This document shows positions 1 through 10,655 of a stretch of DNA of 64,000 nt, piece by piece. The notes beneath the pieces are model-generated. The model was not told the origin of the DNA. It saw nothing but the letters and a program-made list of their open reading frames with translations, and made no database searches. Position 1 is the first letter of the stretch. Each line of letters starts with the position of its first letter. The DNA is from Phycisphaeraceae bacterium. GTDB lineage: Bacteria > Planctomycetota > Phycisphaerae > Phycisphaerales > Phycisphaeraceae. Location of the stretch: contig OY771506.1 in assembly GCA_963674705.1 (NCBI GenBank), positions 320,001-384,000 on the forward strand, written 5' to 3'. The position numbers and the translations under genes were made by a program.

Positions 1-577
1 GGCCTTTGGCTAAGAGTGCGAAGCCCAGGAAGCAGGCCATGCCGAGTGTACCGAGGATGGTGAGTTTGCCTCGATCGAGCGCGCGGTAGAACAGCCACAG
101 CGCCCCGATCATCGCGGGCAGGAGGATGGAGTCTGCCGTGGCGGCGGTGCCGATCATGAAGATCAGCAAAGTGGATGCGAGGATGCCGGCCGACCAGAGT
201 GCTGTACGTTGATCGAACAGGCGTCGTGCGATAAGGAAGGTGAACAGGCAGGAGAAAGCTGTGCCGAAGGCCGCGACGAAGCGGGCGGGCAAGGCATGCG
301 GGCCGAGGAACTCGAAGGCGCGGACGGGCACGGACATGAGCCAGTAGATCATGATGGGCTTGTCTGGCCGCAGTTCGCCGTTGAAGGTCGGGTAGAGGTA
401 GTTGCCGGTCTCGACCATTTCGTAGGTTGCGCGGGCAAAGCGGGGCTCGTCACGGTCCCATAATGTCGAGCGTGTGGAGGCGAAGAGGTAGACCGCGATG
501 ATCGCCAGCAGCATCCATAGCAGCTTGTAGGCGGCCCCCCTGTTTGGTTGAGGGCTCGGGCTGTTGTCGTTGTGCAT
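1..577 (-). CDS. ArnT/GT39-like membrane glycosyltransferase (partial, runs off window start)
   Basis: Hand translation from ATG 577: ...STLWDRDEPRFARATYEMVETGNYLYPTFNGELRPDKPIMIYWL..., the typical ArnT/PMT N-terminal motif, followed by TM helices. Not in the ORF track. Confidence 0.85.
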   Translation of the reverse strand, partial: MHNDNSPSPQPNRGAAYKLLWMLLAIIAVYLFASTRSTLWDRDEPRFARATYEMVETGNYLYPTFNGELRPDKPIMIYWLMSVPVRAFEFLGPHALPARFVAAFGTAFSCLFTFLIARRLFDQRTALWSAGILASTLLIFMIGTAATADSILLPAMIGALWLFYRALDRGKLTILGTLGMACFLGFALLAKG

Positions 578-1386
578 AGGGCTTACACCGGGTCTGGGAG
601 GCTGTCAGAGCCCCATCGTAGTGCGTCGCTGCTGTGCTGCCAAAATATGGGGCTGCAGAAGATCGCTTGAAGGTGGCCAATGCGCGTGTTTGCCTGGGGG
701 TTCTGTTTGTAACGGTTACAACGGTTATGACGCGCAAGCTGTATGGCCGGGATATTTCGAGTCGTGGTTATACCTGGGAGTGTGATGGCCCGGTTAGTGA
801 TTCAAGCGTGGTATTTTTCGGGGGTGCTGACAGCGGCATATGATGCGTCTGGTCTGTTACGGATCAGCGTGCAGGTAAGCGGTCGACGTTTGATTTTCGT
901 TGAAAAGCGGCAGGTAAGCGCGGTACAACTGTGCTCTACCAGAACACGACCACACCATACCGGCGATATATTTTTGACGCTGTTTGATGGGTAAATAACA
1001 TCATGGTTAATCAATCTGAAAGGCGCTTCGCCAGCAAACCATGAACGCTCTTGCGTGAATTGGTTAATCGAGTGACTCAGCCATCCGACGGGTTAGTCTG
1101 GAAGTTACTCCGGGACACGCGAGACAACTCTGGCTAGCCTGATGACATGTTAGAACGATCAACGTGACAAGAGATGTGCTCATTCGCGTCGGCCGCTCAG
1201 GGTTGTTGTATAAAGAGCCGAAAAAATAGGTGTCGTAAGTAGTGTTGCACTGGAATCGATGTGGCTGCTTGGGGGCTATATCATCGCGGTATGAAGCGGA
1301 ACAGAATCAACCTCTTCTATGCCAACTGAGCGTTCGTCACAGCCATATCCAATTCAGACGAAACCGACCCGTACGTGCGAGAAGGC

Positions 1387-3621
1387 ATGTCGGTAAACAG
1401 GTCTCACTTTGTCAGAAGTACGTGGGTTGTCGCTGCCGCGATACTGATACTTATCCTGTCGAATGTCTGGCTGACGCACACGCTGACGGAGCAGTACAAG
1501 CAGCGTAGTGAGCAGACGCTATCAAGCCTGTTGAACTCGACACATTCGGGGATCAAGGACTGGCTCAGAATGGAGCAGGCCAGGGCTGTCATCTGGGCGC
1601 GTCGACCGGATGTGATCGAAGCCACCAAAGACCTGCTACAGGAGTCACGTGACCGCGAGTCACTGATGAAAAGTCATACTCAGCAAAGGCTGAGACACAT
1701 CATGAGTCCGGCGATTGATACTTTCAACTACGACGGCTTTATTATCATCGCGCCGGACCACATCAACATCGCATCGATGCGCGACAGTAACACGGGGACA
1801 ATGAACACGCTTGTAAAACAGCCCCGTGTGCTTAAGCAAGTCTGGTCGGGACAAACAGCGGTCAGTGTGCCACAAGAAGCCGAAGTCGAGTTGATTGATG
1901 CCTACGGGCAGTCAGAATCATGCCCGCATACGATGTTTGTACTTGCGCCGATCCGGGGAGATGAGGGCGAAGTCATCGCGGCCCTGGCATTCCGCCTCAG
2001 CATCACGAGCGGGCTGGATATGAAGCTGAAAAACGCGCGGCCGGGTTCATTTGGTAATAGTTATGTCATCGATCGGAACGGTGTTGTCATCGGTCACGGC
2101 GCGGTTGCGGATAAGATATTCATATCAAGTCATATCGACCAGTACATCACTGATACAAAAGATCACGTGATCGCAAAGGACCCGGGCATCAACTTGCTGG
2201 ACGGTGGCACACCGAGATTTGCCCGGGATCGCCAGCCGTTGACACGCATGGCCGCATCTATTGCGGCCGGCCGATCGGGTTCAGATGTCGAAGGGTACCG
2301 CGATCTGCGAGGTGTGCCGGTGCTGGGCGCCTGGCACTGGGATCAGGACCTGGGTTTGGGGATAGCGATAGAGATTGAAAGAAGTAAAGCCTATGCCACA
2401 CTGAATCTGACACGCCGGTCGCTGTCGGTTCTGACGGGGGTGGCGTCGATTTTGTGTATTGTGGGTACCATCATTCTAAGTACTCAAAAACGTCGCATCT
2501 ATAAATCTGAATCTCTCTACCGCAATCTGGTTACCAACCTGCCGGCGGTGACGTATCGGTGCTCGCTTGATGAAAACGAACAGATCGTATTTATCAGTGA
2601 ATACATCCAGGCATTGAGCGGTTATCCGACGACCGACTTCCTGGGCCCCAAGGCCATGCACTATTACGACCTGATCCATCCGGACGACAGGCCGCATGTT
2701 GCATCAACACGTCGCGATGCGATTCAAAACCGTCAACCCTACAGTTATGAATACCGGATTGTGCGAGCTGATGGCGGTACCCGATGGGTGTGGGAACGGG
2801 GCATGGTTGTGCGTGATTGTCAGGATCATCGCGGCCACATCGAGGCGGTGATCACCGACATCACGGACCGTAAAGATTCGGCACGGTTAAGAGACCTGAA
2901 CAAGTCACTGGAAGCCAAGACGAAAGAAGTCGAGCAGTTTACGTACTCGGTTTCGCATGATCTGAAGTCGCCCCTGGCCAGTTGTGTCGGGTTGATAGGT
3001 TGTCTTGAAGAAGACTTGGAGGCGTACGGCCAGCGGTATCCCACGGATCTGATCACGCGGATCAAGAGCAACATGGACCGGATGTCCCGGTGCATCGACG
3101 ACCTGCTGGAACTGACTCGGATCGGGCGTGTGAGGCACGAACCGGTCGTGCTTGACATGGTGCAGATCGCCCGGCAGATCGCAGATGACCTGAGTGTGCA
3201 GGCTATCAAGGTCGGCGCCACGATTGGGATCGCGGAGGACCTGCCTGACGCCTATGCCGACAAAATACGGGTAAGCGAGGTGATCGAGAATCTGCTGAGT
3301 AATGCCTTGAAGTACGGCACGGATAACCCGTCGCCGACGATTACGATCGGCTGGAAGCAAGTGAAGGGTAAGCCCCATTACTTTGTTCGCGACAACGGCA
3401 AGGGCGTGCCTGAATCATTTCAACCGAAAATCTTCAATCTCTTTGAGAAGTACGACAAATCAAATAATGGAACCGGTGTGGGCCTGACGATTGTCAAACG
3501 TATCATCGAGGTCCACGGCGGGGAGATATGGCTTGAATCGGAGCCAGACCGGGGAGCCACCTTCTACTTCAGCCTGCCGCAGGTGTGTAAAAACGAAGTC
3601 CAACTGCACCAAGCTGCTTGA
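1387..3621 (+). CDS. Membrane sensor histidine kinase (periplasmic Cache-like region, PAS/PAC, HisKA, HATPase)
   Basis: Two TM segments; PAS motif IHPDDR...EYRIVRADGGTRWV; H-box YSVSHDLKSPL; N box NLLSNALKY; G boxes DNGKG and GTGVGL. Confidence 0.93.
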   Translation: MSVNRSHFVRSTWVVAAAILILILSNVWLTHTLTEQYKQRSEQTLSSLLNSTHSGIKDWLRMEQARAVIWARRPDVIEATKDLLQESRDRESLMKSHTQQRLRHIMSPAIDTFNYDGFIIIAPDHINIASMRDSNTGTMNTLVKQPRVLKQVWSGQTAVSVPQEAEVELIDAYGQSESCPHTMFVLAPIRGDEGEVIAALAFRLSITSGLDMKLKNARPGSFGNSYVIDRNGVVIGHGAVADKIFISSHIDQYITDTKDHVIAKDPGINLLDGGTPRFARDRQPLTRMAASIAAGRSGSDVEGYRDLRGVPVLGAWHWDQDLGLGIAIEIERSKAYATLNLTRRSLSVLTGVASILCIVGTIILSTQKRRIYKSESLYRNLVTNLPAVTYRCSLDENEQIVFISEYIQALSGYPTTDFLGPKAMHYYDLIHPDDRPHVASTRRDAIQNRQPYSYEYRIVRADGGTRWVWERGMVVRDCQDHRGHIEAVITDITDRKDSARLRDLNKSLEAKTKEVEQFTYSVSHDLKSPLASCVGLIGCLEEDLEAYGQRYPTDLITRIKSNMDRMSRCIDDLLELTRIGRVRHEPVVLDMVQIARQIADDLSVQAIKVGATIGIAEDLPDAYADKIRVSEVIENLLSNALKYGTDNPSPTITIGWKQVKGKPHYFVRDNGKGVPESFQPKIFNLFEKYDKSNNGTGVGLTIVKRIIEVHGGEIWLESEPDRGATFYFSLPQVCKNEVQLHQAA

Positions 3622-3675
3622 ATTTGTGACAGTGGTATCGTGGTATTCATCGATACACGCCAAACAATGTCGATA

Positions 3676-3708
3676 AAAAAAACACCCCGCTATTACGCGG
3701 GGTGCTTT
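3676..3708 (-). terminator. Intrinsic terminator hairpin, possibly bidirectional
   Basis: A-run then CACCCCGC-tattac-GCGGGGTG between convergent genes. Confidence 0.7.
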
Positions 3709-3764
3709 CACTAAAAGAAAACAGTGTTTGAGTGACTCACTTATAAATCACTCGCAAAAAGGGC

Positions 3765-4127
3765 TTATTTACGACGACGGCGGACGGCGGTCGCCAAGGC
3801 GCCCAGGCCCAGCATGGACAGGCCGGCGGTCGCCGGTTCGGGCACCGGGTTGTCGCATTGCGGTTCGGGCTGGCAGCCCCAGTCCCAGTCGCAATCCCAA
3901 TCCCAATCACAGTTCCAGTCCCAATCCCAGTCCCAGCCGCAATCCCAATCCCGATCCCGATCACAATCTCGATCACGGTCACGGTCACGATCGCAATCAC
4001 GGTCATTGGTCTGCCTGGACCAGTTGTGATCACGGCTGCCGTGATTGCTGGCCCAGAACGTCGCGTAGCTGGGCGATGCAAAGGCAAAGACAGTGACCAT
4101 CGAAGACAATAAAAGTGCGCGTTTCAT
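3765..4127 (-). CDS. Small PEP-CTERM protein with DR/DW/Cys dipeptide-repeat core
   Basis: Signal peptide, low-complexity core, VPEP + TM + RRRRK tail. Confidence 0.88.
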   Translation of the reverse strand: MKRALLLSSMVTVFAFASPSYATFWASNHGSRDHNWSRQTNDRDCDRDRDRDRDCDRDRDWDCGWDWDWDWNCDWDWDCDWDWGCQPEPQCDNPVPEPATAGLSMLGLGALATAVRRRRK

Positions 4128-4337
4128 CAATTCGACTCCCCACTAAGTAAATGTGAAATAAAGACAGTTGAAAACTATGAGTTCAATGGTGCTCTTGTCG
4201 TTGTTTGCACCTGAGGCAAGACTACACCCGCTTGCGGCGGATGCACGTAAGTTCGAGCTTTTGATCAGTGGTGCGTGGGGTCTGTTCCGGTTGCGTAAAA
4301 CAGGTAAACCCGGAGCCGGCCAAATCCGGGCGCAAAG

Positions 4338-4368
4338 AAAAACACCCCGCATCGCTACGGGGTGTTTA
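4338..4368 (-). terminator. Intrinsic terminator hairpin, paralogous to 3676-3708
   Basis: AAACACCCCG-catcgcta-CGGGGTGTTT just downstream of the 4393 stop. Confidence 0.7.
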
Positions 4369-4392
4369 GAAGGTTATCGGTCTAAGCGGCGA

Positions 4393-4704
4393 TTACTTGC
4401 TGCGACGACGGGTGGCCACGGCCAAGGCGCTCAGGCCCATCAGGCTCAGGCCGGCGGTCGCCGGTTCGGGCACCGGGTTGTCGCAGGGCTCGGGATCGCA
4501 GTCATTCCAGGTCGGCGGGCAGTAGTCGTCTTTCCAGTCGTTGCCCCAATCATTACAGTCATTGGAATCGTTTTGCCACTGGTTCCACTGGCCCCATTGA
4601 TTCCAGCTCTTGGAGCCGCCATAGCCCCAGAAGGTAGCAAAGGAAGGCGTGGCAAAAGACAGTACTGCCACGGCAGCAATCGGTAACAGAAGTTTCTTCA
4701 TCAT
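4393..4704 (-). CDS. Small PEP-CTERM protein, Trp/Asn/Gln/Asp/Cys-rich (paralog of 3765-4127)
   Basis: Signal peptide followed by ATFW; CDNPVPEPATAGLS + TM + RRRSK. Confidence 0.88.
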   Translation of the reverse strand: MMKKLLLPIAAVAVLSFATPSFATFWGYGGSKSWNQWGQWNQWQNDSNDCNDWGNDWKDDYCPPTWNDCDPEPCDNPVPEPATAGLSLMGLSALAVATRRRSK

Positions 4705-4929
4705 GATGGTGTACCCCACTTGTAAGAGAATAAAATGGTATGAACAAATAACGGCTCGGAGTGAGTTCGTACGGATACCGCAGTAAATCAGTCCGATAAC
4801 AGGTTGCCAAATATACAGAGGAACCGGGGCAATACAAGCCCATTCTGGTACGAATTAACAATTTTCTTGTTTATTTAAATATAAAGATGACATGGTCTTG
4901 TGAAATTGCGAAGATGGGTAATCTGTAAA

Positions 4930-6609
4930 TCACTTGGAATCTTGCTCACCACCTCGACCACGCAGAAGGCGGTTCACCTCCAGGCCCAGACGCCGGCCGA
5001 TCCAATCCTCCTCGTTCACGGTCGTCGTAGCGCCAGCCCGCTGGATGTCATCGGCGAAGACGTGATACCGGCTGCGGGCGATGATGGGGATGTCTGCCCG
5101 CAGGCTCCTGACGTGGCGGATCACGGTGACGACCGCGCGGTGGTCCGGGATGGTGACAACGACGACACGGGCCTCGGGAATGCCCAGATGCTGCACCAGC
5201 TCGGGGTTGGTCGCATCGCCGACCTGCACGCCCAATCCCATGCTTTTCGCCAGGGTGAGGTTGCGAGGATTCAGATCCACGACCAGGAGGTTGGTCTGGC
5301 GTTTGAACATCTTGGCGTACATGCGCTGGGCGGCCGGGCCGAAGCCAATGACGATGATGTGGTCTTTCAAAGTGGCGGTCGCAGCACTCGGCTCGACCGG
5401 GCTCGGTTTTTCCAGCCCGACCGCACGGACGGCGCGTTGTATGACCCGGCCGAACTTCGGGCCCCCGGCTACGAGATACGGCGTTAGGAAAAGCGTTACC
5501 AGGGTGGATGAGACGAACAGCTTAAATGTGTTTTCCTGAAGGATCCCGCTGCCGCCGGCAAAGGCGACCTGTGCCAGGACAAAAGAGAACTCCCCTACCT
5601 GCGCCAACGACAGGCCCGCCCCCGCGGCATGGCGGATGCGTGGCATGAAAAGGCGGACGACGGCTGACGTGATCAGCGTCTTGCCCACGATGATGATGCC
5701 GACGGTCATGACGATCAGCGCCCAGTTGGACGCGATCCACTTAATGTCACCCAGCATGCCGACGGAGGTGAAGAACAGGGTGACAAACAAAGCTCGTAAC
5801 GCGCCGACATCCGCACGGACCTGAACCGAGAACGGGCTTTCTGCAAGCAGCATCCCGGCAATGAAAGCACCGATGGCGGGGCTCAATCCGACGCCGTGCG
5901 CCGCCCAGGCAGAACCGATCGCTAATACGATCGAAAGCAGGATCGCCAACTCGCGGTTGCGTGACAGCGTGGGATCGCGCATCACACGTGGCAGTAAGAA
6001 GGCACTGATCAGGTACATCACAAGCCCGAGGCCGATGATCAAAAGCAGTTTCTGGCCCAGGCCCAGCATGATCGCGGCCGGGCTGGGATTATCACCCAGC
6101 ATGGTGACGATCAAAACCAACGGCACGACAGCGATGTCCTGCAAGAGCAATACGCCCAGGCATGTCCGGCCCGTCATGCTGTCCATTTCCGCACGGTCGG
6201 ACAAGACGCGCAGGACACACGCAGTGCTGCTGAGGCAAACAATCGCCCCCACCGCAACGGCTTCCGCGCCTTGTAAACCTATCCACCGCGCGACACCGGC
6301 ACCGATGATGCAGGTCAAAATGACTTGCAGTGATCCGCCGCCCAAACCGACCGCGCCGATCTTGAGTAATCGGCGCAGCGAGAATTCCAGGCCGATGACA
6401 AACAGTAATAAGGAAACGCCCAGTTCGGCGATCGCGTCAACCGATTCCGCGGCCTGTACCCACTTCAATGGTCCGCCCGGGCCCAAGAGCAAACCGGCGA
6501 GCAGGTAGCCGAGGATTGCGCTTTGCCGCAGCCGTTCAAATACCGCCCCCAGCACCAGCGCACCGGCCAGCAGGATCAGAACTTCGGTCAAAGCTTCCCA
6601 GAACGGCAT
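4930..6609 (-). CDS. CPA2 (Kef-type) cation:proton antiporter with C-terminal TrkA-N/RCK domain
   Basis: Multi-TM; AELGVSLLLFVIGLEFS, GVLLLQDI and LAQVGEFSFVL motifs; IIVIGFG Rossmann tail. Confidence 0.92.
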   Translation of the reverse strand: MPFWEALTEVLILLAGALVLGAVFERLRQSAILGYLLAGLLLGPGGPLKWVQAAESVDAIAELGVSLLLFVIGLEFSLRRLLKIGAVGLGGGSLQVILTCIIGAGVARWIGLQGAEAVAVGAIVCLSSTACVLRVLSDRAEMDSMTGRTCLGVLLLQDIAVVPLVLIVTMLGDNPSPAAIMLGLGQKLLLIIGLGLVMYLISAFLLPRVMRDPTLSRNRELAILLSIVLAIGSAWAAHGVGLSPAIGAFIAGMLLAESPFSVQVRADVGALRALFVTLFFTSVGMLGDIKWIASNWALIVMTVGIIIVGKTLITSAVVRLFMPRIRHAAGAGLSLAQVGEFSFVLAQVAFAGGSGILQENTFKLFVSSTLVTLFLTPYLVAGGPKFGRVIQRAVRAVGLEKPSPVEPSAATATLKDHIIVIGFGPAAQRMYAKMFKRQTNLLVVDLNPRNLTLAKSMGLGVQVGDATNPELVQHLGIPEARVVVVTIPDHRAVVTVIRHVRSLRADIPIIARSRYHVFADDIQRAGATTTVNEEDWIGRRLGLEVNRLLRGRGGEQDSK

Positions 6610-6912
6610 ATGTCATCCTTAACCCGGCGCGTCTGTATTTTTAAATCCGTCCACTACCCGACAGCCATCATATGCAAGGATCCAGGGTCGGGCTTATTTA
6701 TCCAAACAATCGATGATGAGCTTACCCATGCGAGCAGGATACCCGATATTCCCGTAGTCTGTGATTGTTCTATAACCATGGATTATCGCGAAAAAAGCCG
6801 CGTTCACGCTCTGGTCGGTGGATAGAAGCCCGTTATAATTGCTGCCCCATGTGTCCGTGCGTGGGCACATCGGATCAAAATTAAAACAATTAACCACTTG
6901 GAATTTTTTGCT

Positions 6913-7800
6913 GTGGCTGTCAAAAAGATCTGGTTTAATGGAAAACTCGTTCCGCCTGAGCAGGCATGTGTCAGCGTGTATGACCACGGGCTGTTGTATG
7001 GCGATGGTATTTTTGAGGGTATCCGTGCCTACAACGGGCGGATCTTCAAGATGGATAGCCACCTCAAGCGTTTGTACGCATCCGCGGCCGCGATCCGCCT
7101 TGAAGTGCCTTACGAAGTCGATGAACTAAGGCAGGCGATTCGTGATACGGTTGCTGCAAACGACCGGACCGATGCTTACATCCGTTTGTGTGTGACCCGT
7201 GGCGTAGGGACGCTTGGGCTCAATCCGTTCACCTGCAATCAGGCCACGGTTTTTATCATCGCTGATAACATCAATATCTACCCGCAGGAATTGTATGAGC
7301 TAGGGATGGAGGTGATTATCGCCAAGACCATCCGCAACCACCCCAGCGCATTGTCTCCCGCCATCAAAAGCATGAACTACCTGAATAACATCCTCGCCAA
7401 GATCGAAGCGATCGACGGCGGGGTGCTTGAAGCGGTGATGCTCAACCACAAGGGCAACGTCTCCGAATGCACGGCAGACAACCTGTTTATCGTCCGTAAG
7501 AAGGATGGCAAGCCGGAACTGCTGACCCCCCCTGCCAGCGCGGGCGTGCTGGAAGGTGTCACCATGGCGACCGTGCTGGAACTGGCTGAAAACGCGGGCA
7601 TCCGGACACAGCGAACCGACCTGACGCCGGAAGACCTGTTCCAGGCGGACGAGGCTTTCCTGACAGGCAGCGCCGCAGAGGTGATGCCAGTCACCAAGAT
7701 CGACGGAAAGATGATCGGTGACGGCAAACCGGGCCCGGTGACTTTGCAGCTGTTCAAAACGTTCCACGAACTGACCCGCGGCCAAGTGCCAGAAGACTGA
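6913..7800 (+). CDS. ilvE: Branched-chain amino acid aminotransferase
   Basis: DHGLLYGDGIFEGIRAY; KSMNYLNNIL (PLP lysine); LEGVT; EAFLTGSAAEV. Confidence 0.95.
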   Translation: MAVKKIWFNGKLVPPEQACVSVYDHGLLYGDGIFEGIRAYNGRIFKMDSHLKRLYASAAAIRLEVPYEVDELRQAIRDTVAANDRTDAYIRLCVTRGVGTLGLNPFTCNQATVFIIADNINIYPQELYELGMEVIIAKTIRNHPSALSPAIKSMNYLNNILAKIEAIDGGVLEAVMLNHKGNVSECTADNLFIVRKKDGKPELLTPPASAGVLEGVTMATVLELAENAGIRTQRTDLTPEDLFQADEAFLTGSAAEVMPVTKIDGKMIGDGKPGPVTLQLFKTFHELTRGQVPED

Positions 7801-8006
7801 ACCGTCGCGAGTTAACCTCCTTAGCTATCAAACAGGCGATCAATTAATACCAAGGTCACAAGGCATCAGTGCCATGTTGGCCTTGGTTTGTTGCGGCATC
7901 GTCTCAAGAGCCATTCCATGGTTCTCGGACGTAAGTACCTCATGAAACGAACATAAGTTTTCAACAAAACTTGAACAGAAGTGCAATGCTATGCAAACTA
8001 AAGGAC

Positions 8007-9365
8007 ATGTCGCTCACCGATTCACTTGCTTACCTGACTGCGGAACTGCCTGGTATTGGTGGCGCGATAAAGCAACGGCCACAAGACTTCCTTGTGGAAG
8101 AGCAGCCGTTGTACCCAACGCGTGGGCACGGTGAGCATCTGTTCCTGCTGGTTGAAAAGACATCTGTTACCACGACGGACGTTGTCCGGGACTTGGCGCG
8201 AGCCTTCCGTGTGGGTCGAAACGATATCGGCTATGCCGGGCTCAAAGACAAGCATGCGATCGTCCGCCAGCACTTCTCGATCTGGTTGCCCGATCGTCAT
8301 GATGAAGAAACCTGTATCAACCGGCTCAATGATCGCCGGCTGATCAAGGTGCTGTGGTCGGACCGTCATACCAACAAACTCCGCCGGGGACATCACGGCG
8401 GGAACCGGTTCGTCATCCGGGTCCGGGACGTGAAGCCGAGCGACGCCGCCAAGGCCAAGGCCATCATCGATCAGCTATTTGCTGAGGGCGTCCCGAACTT
8501 CGTCGGCGATCAGCGTTTCGGTTACCGCCAGCACAACCACAAACTCGGCAGACACCTGCTGCGTGGCGAGTACCAGGAGTTGCTCGATGAGATGCTCGGT
8601 CAGCCGATCGACGCTGACCCGCCGAGCATGCAACGGGCGCGCACGGCATACGACCAGAGAGACTATGACGAAGCGTTAAAGCACTGGCCTAAACACCTGC
8701 GGTTTGACCGCCAGGCGCTGGATGCATTGCGCCAGGGTCATGATGCGAAGCGCGCCGTGATGGCGATCTACAAGTCGCAGCGCGAGTTCCTGATCTCGGC
8801 ATTGCAGTCGGCGATGTTCAACAGCGTGCTGGACAGGCGGATGCGCGAAGGCAAGTTGACCCGCCTGATCCCCGGCGACCTTGCCTGGAAGCACGACAGC
8901 CGAAGTGTTTTCTCTGTGGACGAAGAGACAGCCGAAAAGGAAAACGCACCGACCGGTCGTGTGCCGGCGATCGAGGTCTCGCCTTCCGGCCCGATGTGGG
9001 GTATCAACATGACGCGCGCGTCGGGCGAGCCGGGCGAAATCGAGAAGCAGGTGCTGGATGTGTTCGGCCTGTGTCCCGAGGAGTTGGCGGGTGTCGGCGA
9101 TGTGTACGCGGAAGGCTCGCGTCGGCCCATGCGTATCGCGCTGCGTGACCCGGAAGTCTCCGAAGACAGCGATCAGCACGGGCACTTCGTCAAACTAGCC
9201 TTCGAAATGCCGCGCGGCGCCTTCGCGACGATCGTTTTGCGTGAAGTCATGAAGGAAGGTGAACCGATCGAAGAAGTCGAAGAAGAAAAAGAAAAGCCTA
9301 CGGTTCCGCCGCCGGTCGTCATCACCAAATCACCCAAGACCCAATCCCCCTCCCGCTCTCAATAA
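8007..9365 (+). CDS. truD: tRNA pseudouridine(13) synthase
   Basis: DFLVEE, YAGLKDKHAIVRQ, GNRFVIRVR, PNFVGDQRFG, GAFATIVLRE. Confidence 0.93.
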   Translation: MSLTDSLAYLTAELPGIGGAIKQRPQDFLVEEQPLYPTRGHGEHLFLLVEKTSVTTTDVVRDLARAFRVGRNDIGYAGLKDKHAIVRQHFSIWLPDRHDEETCINRLNDRRLIKVLWSDRHTNKLRRGHHGGNRFVIRVRDVKPSDAAKAKAIIDQLFAEGVPNFVGDQRFGYRQHNHKLGRHLLRGEYQELLDEMLGQPIDADPPSMQRARTAYDQRDYDEALKHWPKHLRFDRQALDALRQGHDAKRAVMAIYKSQREFLISALQSAMFNSVLDRRMREGKLTRLIPGDLAWKHDSRSVFSVDEETAEKENAPTGRVPAIEVSPSGPMWGINMTRASGEPGEIEKQVLDVFGLCPEELAGVGDVYAEGSRRPMRIALRDPEVSEDSDQHGHFVKLAFEMPRGAFATIVLREVMKEGEPIEEVEEEKEKPTVPPPVVITKSPKTQSPSRSQ

Positions 9366-9434
9366 CAGGGCGTTTGCTGAATCAATGATCAGTAAGTTGC
9401 TGACATGGTTGGTAAAGCAACCGTGAAGCCATGT

Positions 9435-10646
9435 TCATTGGTCGCGTATCTTCAACAAGCCGATGAAGAAACCCGCAAATGCGGTCTGCACACCCAGCGT
9501 CATCGCCAGGATCGAGGGGATCACCAGGCGCATCGTGTGGAACGGGTCTAGGTCGCCGAAGTGCTGCTTGAGCCAGCCGCCCACCGCGACGCCGGCGATC
9601 GCGACACCCATGAGGAACAGCAAAGCGCCAGCCGTCAGGCACTTCTCCAAGGTAAGCCATTTTGAGAACGACATGAACTTGCTGTTGCGCGGATGCAAGC
9701 CCATGTTCACCACGAGTACCTTCGCACATACCGCAAAGATGCAGGACTGATAGCCAAGCATGACAGCCGTGGCAGCAAACAGCAGCGTATGCACATCGAG
9801 CCGGACCGAGCCGATCGTCCTGGGTTGAGGTAATAGCCACAACCCGACCAGCAGGCCGAGAACGACCAGGACCAAGCCGGGATACCAGAAGAGCCAGCGC
9901 GGGCTGAAGAGCATAAAGAAGCGCAGGCTGCGCCAGCCGTCGCGGAAGGTCCGCAGGTGCGGCGCTCTGCCGGGCGCGTCAGGCGAAAGCGTGGTTGGTA
10001 CTTCCGTGACGTTCAGGCCAAAGAGTGTTGAGCGGACCAACATTTCAAGGGCGAACGTCATGCCCTTGCTGTGCGGCCGCATTGTCGGATAAGCCTTTCG
10101 GCTGAATCCGCGCAGGCCGCAGTAGAAGTCGCCGCAATCGCTCTTGAAAAATAGCCGACCCACGCGCGTCAGAAACGGGTTGCCAAAATACCGGTGCAAA
10201 GGTGGCATCGCGCCATCGCTGATCCCGCCCTTGAAGCGGTTACCCATCACCAGGTCGTAACCTTCGCGCAGCTTTTCCAGGAACGGGGCAAGCGATGAGA
10301 AGTCGTAGCTGTCATCGGCATCGCCCATGATGACATAACTGCCGCGTGTAACGCTGATGCCTGCATCCAATGCTGAGCCGTAGCCGCGCTTTTCAACATG
10401 GATGACACGCACGCCCAGGTCTTTAGCGATCTCGATGGAGCCGTCCGTGCTGCCGTTATCCGCAATGATGACTTCGCCGACCACGTTCGCCTGCTCAAAG
10501 AAGCCCAACGCTTTACGTATGCAGATCCCAAGCGAAGCCGCCTCATTCAAACATGGCATCACGACCGACAATTCGACCGCCGTCGGGGGGTGAGCCCCCG
10601 CTATTTCGCGTTGCGCCGAGTTGTCGGTAGTCGATACGCTTGTCAT
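9435..10646 (-). CDS. GT2 (DPM-synthase-like) glycosyltransferase with C-terminal TMs
   Basis: SVVMPCLNEA, DNGSTDGS, MGDADDSYD, HLRTFRDGWRSL. Confidence 0.92.
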   Translation of the reverse strand: MTSVSTTDNSAQREIAGAHPPTAVELSVVMPCLNEAASLGICIRKALGFFEQANVVGEVIIADNGSTDGSIEIAKDLGVRVIHVEKRGYGSALDAGISVTRGSYVIMGDADDSYDFSSLAPFLEKLREGYDLVMGNRFKGGISDGAMPPLHRYFGNPFLTRVGRLFFKSDCGDFYCGLRGFSRKAYPTMRPHSKGMTFALEMLVRSTLFGLNVTEVPTTLSPDAPGRAPHLRTFRDGWRSLRFFMLFSPRWLFWYPGLVLVVLGLLVGLWLLPQPRTIGSVRLDVHTLLFAATAVMLGYQSCIFAVCAKVLVVNMGLHPRNSKFMSFSKWLTLEKCLTAGALLFLMGVAIAGVAVGGWLKQHFGDLDPFHTMRLVIPSILAMTLGVQTAFAGFFIGLLKIRDQ

Positions 10647-10655
10647 GGCGATAGC

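Noticed and set aside
600..1370. Long divergent intergenic region with GCAAACC at ~1033, suggesting a c-di-GMP riboswitch or a small ORF
   Set aside because: The remaining riboswitch motif (GACGCAAAGCC-like) is absent and the short ORFs lack coding features
3870..4005. Hexamer repeats resembling an SR-rich ORF or a repeat array on the + strand
   Set aside because: Fully explained as the antisense of the DR/DW coding repeat of the PEP-CTERM gene
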